Shown: positions 13,201 to 22,484 of the stretch, piece by piece
Numbering within the stretch: position 1 is the first letter of the stretch
Layout of the letters: every line of letters begins with the position of its first letter
NCBI GenBank assembly: GCA_943704425.1
Contig: CALSCP010000945.1
Location: 120,355 to 154,088, forward strand
DNA from: Ministeria vibrans ATCC 50519
Lineage: Eukaryota; Protista; Filasterea
Length of the DNA: 33,734 nt
Reading direction: 5' to 3'
Made by a program: the position numbers and the translations under genes
The notes under the pieces: generated by a model
Told to the model about the DNA's origin: nothing
Seen by the model: the letters and a program-made list of their open reading frames with translations, nothing else
Databases searched by the model: none

Positions 13201-15641
13201 CGGCACAAGACATTACGGAGATTGGCATGTCGCACGACGACAGCATCTTGCATCTCAACGAGAAGATGTCGCCTCTTGCAAGCATTGCCAGCGTGTCAAG
13301 TGGCGACGACCTTGACAACGGCGACGTTGTGCGTCGCCCCAACAAGAACAAGAAGAAGAACACCGACGGCGACGGCGACGGTGACGGTGACGGCGACCCA
13401 AACCACAGTGATAGCAGCAGCGAAGGGGGACACCCCGTTGAGTACATTCGCATGTCCACATTGGGCGGCAGCCAGTCTGGTGGCAGCAAAAAGGTCAGCA
13501 GTCTGCCGAGCGGACGTTACTCGCGCAGCCACCCGACGCCGCATGCTGATGACGGTACGCCCGAGGGTAGCCAGGGCAACTTATCACGGCCGCCCGTGAG
13601 CTCGCAAAGCAGCCAGCCTCTTGGCTCCGCGACCAGTCTGTATAACTCACGCTCAGGTCTAATGAGTGTGAACACGCCCAGTGCGTTTAACCTTGGTGGT
13701 GCCGCCAGCTGTCCAGTGAGTCCGCGCGGCGGTGGTGCTGGTGGAGGTGTTGGTGATGCACGACGCATGTCGCTCTCGTACGGGGAGTCGTCGGCCATTA
13801 CGGTGGCACGCAAGCTTGAGGTGACGAGTGTCGAGACGCAGATGCGTGCGCTGTCGTGGATGGCACGCTGGCGGCGCTACATCCGCTACCACCGCTCGCA
13901 ACTCATCATATTGTGGGTGTATGTGTGCATGACGGCGCTTATCTTTGTTGAGCGTGCGTATGTGTACTCGGTGGAGCGGGAGTCTCGTGGACTGCGTCGC
14001 ATGGCCGGTTACGGTGTGACGGTGACGCGCGGTGCCGCGTCGGTCATCATGTGGACGTTTGCGCTGCTGCTACTCACCATGTGTCGCAATTTCCTGACAG
14101 CACTGCGAGGCACGTCGCTTGGACGTATCTTTCCCTTTGATGACATCATTCCCTTCCACAAGATTATTGCGTACACGCTGCTCTTTTTCACCGGCATGCA
14201 CCTGGTGGGCCATTTTATCAATTTCTATCATGTGGCGACACAACGTGCCGACGATCTGCGCTGCATCTTCCGCGACGTGTTCTATCCGACGCACGTCCTG
14301 CCTTCCTTCAGTTGGTGGGTCTTCAACACGACGACGGGCTTCTCGGGCGTGCTGGCCACGCTTGTGTTCATTGTCATCTACGTCTTTGCCAGTCGCTACG
14401 CGCGTCGCTTTGCCTACACCGCCTTCTACCTCACGCACCATCTTTTTGTGCTCCTCTTTTTGCTCGTCATCATTCACGGCTCGGCCAATCTCGTGCAGGA
14501 GCCCATCTTCCAGTACTTCCTTTTCTTCCCAGCCATTGCCTACACCATCGACAAGATTGTTTCGATGCGTCGCCAGTCGCGCATTGTCACTGTCGTCAAC
14601 GCCAAGCTGCTTCCCTCGCACGTCCTGCGCCTCACAATGGTCAAGCCGAAAGGGTTCACCCACATGAGCGGCCAGTGGGTTCGCATTGCTTGCCCGTCCA
14701 TCACGTCGCACGCCTTCCATCCCTTCACCATCACCTCCTCTCCTCACGACGACCAGCTTACTCTCCACATCCGTGCCGTGGGGCCCTGGACCCGCCGCAT
14801 CCGCGAACTCTACTCCACCCAACTGCCCCCGCTGCTTCTCGATGGCCCGTACGGTGGCGCACAGCAGCACTGGCTTAACTACCGCGTCGTCGTGCTTATT
14901 GGCGCGGGCATTGGCGTCACCCCCTTTGCCAGCATTCTCAAGGACCTTTTGCGACGTATCGAGACGGGCCGTCTCAACTCAGTTGACAAAGTAAGATATT
15001 TTGGAAACTGAAAACCAAAGAGAGTTGCACCGATTGACGATTGATTGCGTGCGTGTGTTTTTTTTTTCTTTCTTTCTTTCTTTTTCGCAGGTGTACTTCT
15101 TCTGGGTGTGTCGGTCGCAGCACCAGTACGAGTGGATGACTGACATTCTGCGCGAACTCGAGCAACACACTGCTTCAAAGTAGCAATAGACAGAGAAGGG
15201 AGGTGCAGAGCTTGTTTCTCATTAATTTGTTTGTAGGGACTGTTTTGAGGTGCACATGTTTATTACGCAGATGAGACAACAGTTTGATTTGCGGACAATG
15301 ATGCTTGTAGGAAACAGATAGATAGAGAGAGAGTGTGTGTGTGTGTATGTGTGACTCACTTTATATTTCTTATTTTGTTTTGTTCGTAGTATGTGTGTGA
15401 GAAAGAACTGCAGAGGGTGAGTGGACGATCCATCTTTACGGGACTGCGCTCGCACACGCACTTTGGACGACCTGCCTTCCCGTCACTCTTTGAGAACCTA
15501 CAGCAACTGCATACTGACGCCCGTTCCATTGGCGTCTTCTCGTGTGGCCCCCCTACTCTCACCGATGCTGTCGATGAGGCTGTTGATGCCACCAATCGCT
15601 TTCCGGGTCCTCGTCTTCACCACACTGCTGAGAACTTTTGA
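9546..15641 (+). CDS. DUOX: Dual oxidase: signal peptide, peroxidase-homology domain, TM, EF-hands, 6-TM ferric reductase, FAD/NADPH domains; ~1752 aa
   Basis: Exons 9546-9888, 10334-10739, 10809-11526, 11610-14990, 15091-15179, 15237-15306, 15390-15641 (5259 nt, phases consistent). YDGWYHN, RPNPRTLSN, GNPRGNENP, AFRFGH, NIQRGRDHG, RDGDRWWY, EF-hand DIDSNGRISHGD, haem His pairs, HPFT, GAGIGVTPF, FDLRTMMLY, SCGP, terminal ENF. Confidence 0.95.
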
Positions 15642-15972
15642 GCTTTGCGTTAGTCTTTCTGTTGAGTTGTGCGTTAATCTTTCAATTCTTTCTATACACT
15701 CTGATTGTCTTATTAATATAATTATTTTGTAGTTTCAGTTTCTTAATTCTTCCTCAAATTTAGGGGAAATCACAATAGTATATATTTCATCTTTGCAATG
15801 TGTACAGAATAAGAGTCCCTTTTTCTTTCCTTTGATGCAATATCTTTTCTATTATTTTTTTCTATAGAGCAACGCACTCACTCAAAATGAAGAATTCAAT
15901 CAACTTATCAAGTTAATAGTTATCTAACGACTAACACTAACATTATTTGCCCGTCTGCTCTATTTCTCTTCA

Positions 15973-16510
15973 ATGGCATCCCCTGTTGCTCCTGCTCCTG
16001 TTGACGACGGCCTTGACCGCGGCTTCGACGTGCTTCGGTGCGTTCCGTCGCCATCTCACCTCATCTCACTTCACTGCGACTTGTAGAAAAGTGCCGCGGA
16101 CTGTCATTCGCAAGCTGCTGTTCTTCTCCTTCCTCATGATCACCGTTCCCATCTCAAGCTACTTCTTCTTTCAACATATCGTCGCTGAAGGTTCGTGTTT
16201 TTTTTTTCTTCTTTTTTTTTGTGCCCATGCGCTGGATGACACTTTCTTCGAGTGTTGCCGCGCCTACATGGCCTATATACGCTGCTTGTCGATGTTTTTG
16301 TGCGGCGAAATCGCGATGGGAGGACGCATGAGGCGCCGCAATGCAGATGCAAGTTTGAATGGCAGTCTTTGTGTAGTTCTCCTCGGTTATGCGGATGGGA
16401 ACATTGTTGGGGCGATCGGGGCAGTGTTTATGGTGCAGGTGGTGCTTGGCGTGTTTCTGTGGGTGGCCTTCAACGAAGACGACGATGACGCAAACAAGAA
16501 AGTCGACTGA
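15973..16510 (+). CDS. VMA21: V-ATPase assembly integral membrane protein
   Basis: Three exons; VPRTVIRKLLFFSFLMITVPISSYF .. IVGAIGAVFMVQVVLGVFLWVAFNED, two TM segments, C-terminal KKVD (KKXX ER-retrieval signal). Confidence 0.88.
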
Positions 16511-16619
16511 GTTCGAGTGTAGAAAATGTATTGTACTCTAAGAGATTTATTGATATGTCATGTTGTTGCGTTCTTTCTCACGACTGGTGCACACTGATGA
16601 GGTGGTGAGAAAGCTAGTG

Positions 16620-17961
16620 CTAGTGAAGAGACGAGGAGGAAGGGCGATTGAGAATACGCTCTGACATGTTGTGCACACTGAGGTGCATTGGTTGTGGTTG
16701 AAGCTGAGGACGAAGCGGAAGGAGACGTGTTGGAGGAGGAGTAGGCTGTGAGGTGGTAGACTGACTGGCCGTGTGTAGTGATGGGGCGAGAATGGGGATA
16801 AGGGTGTGCCAGAGAGCGTCGAAGAGCCGGTCGAGCACGAGAGAGGTGACGGGAAACTCTTTAGGAGGATCGCACTCGCTTTCACTGTGCATCACTAGTG
16901 TCTCTTCTATGACACCCTGGGCAGCAATCAGCTCGTCTTCGGGCAGTTTGTGTTTGTCGGTGCAACTGCAGTGTGCGTGAGAAACAGAAAGTGGTACGGT
17001 GGGATGAGCGGAGCTGATCAGGTGTGAACGAGAGGCAAAGCAACTTTCGAGGGTCTCACTGCTGTCCGTCTGCATTTCCACCACACGTACCACTCTTCCC
17101 GGTGAGGAAGCACAAGAAAAAAAAGGCCCAAGAAAGGCAGTGGTGCGGGTGGTGTGTGCATTGATGGGTGGGTGGGCGTTGGGGGTGTAGTGCACAAGAA
17201 CAACATGTGCTCCGGCTTCATCACCATAGCAACCGACGGGGTCTCTTGGTAGCCTCACTAGAGCTGTGACAGTAACATGCACGTTTGCAAAGTCTAGCAG
17301 GGCCTGAAAGCATTTGTCCAAAGCGGACTGAGGGCATTCGTCCGAAGCGGATCCATCAAGAAGAACCGACAGAATAAGAGAGGGTGTCAGAGTGACGATT
17401 TGCCAGAAACAAGCGGGCTCGGGTCCCTTATTCGCAAAGTCTATAAACTTGCAGCGATCCTCGTCACTGCAAAACGCTCCTGGTGTACACTGGTGTGCCA
17501 CCAACAACGTGCCTTGTAAAGAGCCACTCGTGAGAGAGAGGCGACGACCAACAACGGTCAAATCAGTGTCACACTTGGTGATGTCGTCAGACGCGGCGGC
17601 AGCCTCCAGCTTGCCAGTGTGGTCGTGTAAGACAAGGTGAACACCCGTGTCGCGTGAAGGAACGCCTGGCAAGGCGTGCCCCAGCACTTGAAAATAGGGA
17701 AACTCGCGACGCCACAGCTCCATCTCTTCAGCAAGCATGGACGGAGCAGCCCTGTCGCCGTCAGTGTAAAACAAAGCATCTGCACTCTCAAGGGACGCCT
17801 GCACCTCTCGGGTCACGGCTGAATCATAATCCTAAGATGTCAACAGTGCGAAATTGGAAAGGGATTGTCAAGAACAACAACAACAGAAAACCCGCACGTA
17901 CTCGCCGCTCATCAAACAAGTCGGACGAAGACAAAGACGAGGAGGACGAGAAGGACGTCAT
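16620..17961 (-). CDS. FAM149-like (DUF3719) cilia-associated protein; internal exon structure uncertain
   Basis: Exon 17961-17902, then from 17831: DYDSAVTREVQASLESADALFY..LAEEMELWRREFPYFQVLG, similar to the FAM149 motif VQ.MF..IDE.LYE..EEC..W...FPH.RILG; later EDELIAAQGVIEE. Confidence 0.65.
17220..17233 (-). promoter_or_regulatory. RFX X-box-like motif GTTGCTATGGTGAT within the FAM149-like gene
   Basis: Close match to the X-box GTTGCYATGGYAAC. Confidence 0.4.
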
Positions 17962-18061
17962 CAAGTCATCGAAGAAAGAAAAGAAGAAAGTAACGAAAAA
18001 GTGACTAAAGTCGAATTTCAAATTTCAAATCAAAGGAGAAGGAATGGATTTCAATCGCTAC

Positions 18062-19054
18062 TCAGTGGCCTCTGGGCCAAAGCGGTTTGGGAGCTCGCGC
18101 GAAATGATCATACGCTGGATTTGCGCAGTACCTAGAAAGGCAGGAAAGACAACGAGAGAGGGGTACATTTAAAAATGTATTTGAGGGAAGTTGAGAGTGG
18201 AACTTACCTTCGTAAATCTGGAAGATCTTTGCGTCACGCATGAGCTTCTCAACGGGATAGGCTGAGTTGAAGCCATTTCCACCGTGGACCTGAACGGCAT
18301 CGGTCGCGCACTTGTTGGCAACATCACCTGCGTAGCACTTGGAAATGCTGGCGTAGTATGTGTTGCGGCGACCTGAAGACAAAAAACAGTGAGACACAAT
18401 GAGAGGCAAAAACAGTGAGACACAGTGAGAAACAAAAAAAAGACGAAGACGCCAAAATAGATTGATGGAGTGTGTGGCATACCTTGATCAATCTCCCAAG
18501 CAGCACGACGGACCATCAGACGAGCGGTCTCAATGCCCACGGCCATGTCCGCCAGCATAAACGACACTGCCTGGTGGTTGATCACCTCAGTGCCCATTGT
18601 CTTGCGCTCCATTGCGTACTATCAAGTAGAATATAGCGTAAAATGACATGTGAGTGACTGGGTGTCTCAATGAATGAGTGCGTGTCTTACACGAGTGGCT
18701 TCAGTAAGTGCGCGCTTGGCCAGTCCAACAGCACTTGAGCCAACTGGAGGACGAGTATGGTCAAATGCACGCATAGCAATCTAAAACACACACAACAGAG
18801 ATAGGTAGATAGAGAGAGAAAGGCAAAAAACAAAACAAAGTGATATAAAAAGAGGGTCAGTATCTCTCTCCTTGCGCGTATTATGCGTCCACCTTGAACC
18901 CTGCTCCCACTGGCCCCAGTCGGTTCTCATCCGGCACCACCACGTCCTCAAACGTAATCCCACGTGTGTCACTCGCCCGCTGGCCCATATTCCACTCCTT
19001 CTGGCCCCGCGTGATTCCTTCCGTACTCGCATCAACCAAAAATCCTATCACACA

Positions 19055-19092
<38 letters not shown>

Positions 19093-19122
19093 CGCGTTCA
19101 GCTGGTAGCCCGAGAAGATCTG

Positions 19123-19208
<86 letters not shown>

Positions 19209-20411
19209 ACAGTGAAAACAATAATTCAATACAATTATTATTATTATTATTATCATCCATCTCTCTCAAACACTCTCTCATCACTCTCTCATACTCACCC
19301 GTAAATCCGTCCATTTTTCCAGTCGGTCCCTCAGTCCGCGCAAGCACGAAGTACCAGTTGGCCACTCCTCCATTAGTGATCCACATCTTCTGTCCGTTCA
19401 GAACCCACTCAGAACCTATACACGTCGACGACACACACACAAACAGTCTCAAACTCATTCGCGAATGACCCCTCCGCCCCCCCACAAAAAAAAAAAAGAA
19501 GAAAAAAAAACATACCTTTCTTCGTGGCCGTGGTGCGCACTCCTGCAACGTCCGAGCCCGCACCAGGTTCCGTCACACAGTACGCGGCCATCAGCGGCGC
19601 ATCAATCAGTCGCCCCAGGAACCTCTTCTTCTGCTCCTCTGACGCCGCAATAATCACCGGAGCGCACTATCCCACACACATACATACATATACACACACA
19701 TACACACATAGTAAATAAATAACGTTAACGGTAAGTATTCGTGTGGCTGCTTGGCGCTCACTCACCGCAAGACCGTTCGCTTCGAGACTCGTCTGAATGC
19801 CAGTGCATCCAAACTACACAAACCAAAACTGAACTTTCCCTTTCTCTTTCTCTCTCTCTCTCATTTTTTCAATTGGTACGGCCAGCTCTTCGGTGATGAC
19901 GCATCCCGCAACATTGCCAAGTCCCAGGCCGCCACACGACTCCGGAATAGAGAGATTCATGAGCCCGAGTGTGTGTGCCTTGCGAATGATGTCCCAGGCA
20001 AACTCCCCAGTCCTGTCGTGATCCGCAGCCTACGCCGCATCAAACATACCCAAGACACACGTAAGATGCAGCAAATCCAGGCAACGGCAGGGCGGAAACG
20101 GCCCCAGCAACGTACCACTGGCATGATCTCTTCACGTGCAAACTTTCGTGCGACCTCTTGATAGTTTCGCGTGTCCTCGTCAAGCTCAAAGCTCAGTCCC
20201 TGCACAGCGCACTCCATGAGTATCCCCTAGGGCCACTCTAGTCAGTTACCTCAGAGGACACAGCCGCCGTGGCCGAGAAGGCGCGAGAAACGAGAGAGCG
20301 CTGAAAAAGAATCGTTTCAGTGAAAAGAAGAAAAAAAAAACACCACGCTCAAACACAAACTGCAAACTGCACCACGCATACCAGAACGGGAAGGGTAGCA
20401 GTGCGAAGCAT
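18062..20411 (-). CDS. ACADM: Medium-chain acyl-CoA dehydrogenase, mitochondrial
   Basis: Multi-exon. N-terminal presequence; [103 protein letters not shown]. Confidence 0.93.
19049..19210. repeat. Two (CA)n tracts in an ACADM intron
   Basis: Directly visible; they flank a unique island at 19090-19123. Confidence 0.95.
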
Positions 20412-20714
20412 GGTGGTAAAAGATATCAAATCCAAAAAGAAAGAGGAAAAAGTGATATAAAAAACACACACTGATAGTGATTTAAAATTATTAATAATAA
20501 TAATAATAATAAATTTATTATTATTAAAATTAATTTTATTATTAACTGATTTGAATAAATGGGTTGTATTCTAACTGATTTGAAGTTCAAAGCTGCCAAA
20601 TCCCTCTCAATGCACTCTCAAACGAGAAGGCTAAATGCCCAAGCAGTCAGCTCACGGCTGTGACTGAGCACTCAATCGAAAACAAACCTGAACATCAACA
20701 AATGAAACGAAAAA

Positions 20715-21080
20715 TTACATTTTCATAAAAAACAGGACAGCCATGAGGGCGCTCAAGAGAACCACCATGCCCGCAGGCATAAACTTCCCGGTGAGGGCCA
20801 GCCGGTAGGCCATGGCAAGGACGAGCGAGGCGCACACAGCAAATCCCAACGCAAACCGCTCTGTCTGCGCCGCATAGCAGACGATCAGGGCACTCAGCAC
20901 GCCGGCCGCAAGCGACGTTTGGCTGCCTGGGAGAGTGGAGAGCAGGAGCAGCGAGAGGAGACAAGATGCGAATCAATTTGGGTGTTTTGATCGGCAAGTG
21001 GTTGTACCGCCCTTGACGAAGCCCATTACGCCCCCAATCGCCAGAAGCGCCGCATACACATAGGCAAACCACAGAGACAT
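20715..21080 (-). CDS. TMEM14-family small membrane protein
   Basis: Two exons: YVYAALLAIGGVMGFVKGGSQTSLAAG .. MAYRLALTGKFMPAG. Confidence 0.88.
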
Positions 21081-21175
21081 TGGGGAAACAAAATGAATAA
21101 ACGTGTTTTCCTTTTCAATCCGACTGATCAAGATGAAAGTTCAAAGTTCAAACGATTTGATCTCCTTCTGTTGAT

Positions 21176-22362
21176 ATGGACGGTCCTCCACCCCCTCCAC
21201 CCATGGGAGACGGCGGCCCCGCACTTCCGGTGGCCATGCTGGCGCAGGCTGAGAAGACCAAGGGCAAGGAAGTCGGCGGGCTCAACGGACAGCTGTCGAA
21301 AAAGCGAGACGTGGTGCGACAATTGTGTTTTGCGTGTCGTTTTGTGCACTGCCACTGACACGCCTGTCTTCCACGCGGGGACTGCAGGCGGAGGCAGAGG
21401 CAGACTTGACGCCCGAGCAACTGGCTGCGTTCGAAGGCGACCTCCCCAAGTGGACGTGTCCGCGCTGTGAGCAGGTTGTGGTCGCGGCGTTTCAGGACGA
21501 CCATCACAACTCTCATTCCGCTGAAATCCTCTCGTTTCTCTACCTCGGAGGTACCTTTCTGTGTCCTCGTGCCGCCTCTGTTGCTGGACCAATGTGCTCC
21601 TTTCTCCCATATACTGAAATAATCTCTTCTTTGTGCTCAGGTGAACGGAACGCCCACAACAAAAAGGAACTGACGACACGCACAGGCATCACCGACATCC
21701 TCAATGTTGCCGAGGAAGTCGACAACACGTTTGCTGCGTGCCGCGTCGACTGTCCCTGCACCAACGGTGGGCTCGAGTGCAACGGACGCGGCCTCACCGC
21801 CCCCGAACCCCCCTTCATGTTCACCTATCATACACATCGCATCAAAGACCAAAAGGACGAGGTACAGCGACACACTAAGAACACTAAGAACATCAAGACC
21901 ACGCACACAGTCACACTAACCACACACATACACACTCATACTAAGCAATCACTCAAAGTCACACACACACACACACACACAAAGTAATAATATCCAAACA
22001 TCTTGCCGTGGTAGCCCATTACGGACGTGATGAACACGGCCTTGGACATCATTGAGAACATCCGCACTGCGTCCCCTCCACGTCGTGTCCTTGTCCACTG
22101 CGTTGCCGGTATCTCCCGCTCTGCCAGCGTCGTCATTGCCTATCTCATGCGCCACAAAAGAATCACCCTTCGTGCTGCTTTTGACTTTGTCCGTCAGCGT
22201 CGCTCCATTGTCTCTCCCATCGCTGACTTTATCGTCAAACTCCAAGAGTACGAAAAGTATCTCCACGACCAGTCGCCTCTCGACGGCTACACCGGCTCTC
22301 CCTCGCTCACTCTTCAAGATGTCTATCCCGAGGGAACGCGCTTCATCAGCAATCGCACCTGA
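21176..22362 (+). CDS. Dual-specificity protein phosphatase with an N-terminal C2H2-like motif
   Basis: Four exons; EILSFLYLGG, GITDILNVA, IKD (general acid Asp), VLVHCVAGISRSASVVIAYLM. Confidence 0.9.
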
Positions 22363-22484
22363 ATACAAATTTGTAGTAATTTATTCACAAAATTTTCATT
22401 TTTATTTCCCAGTCTTCTGGAAAGCAGCAGTGACATCTCTTCTTCAAAGTCAAATCCTATCGATCACGTCCATTTCATCCACAT

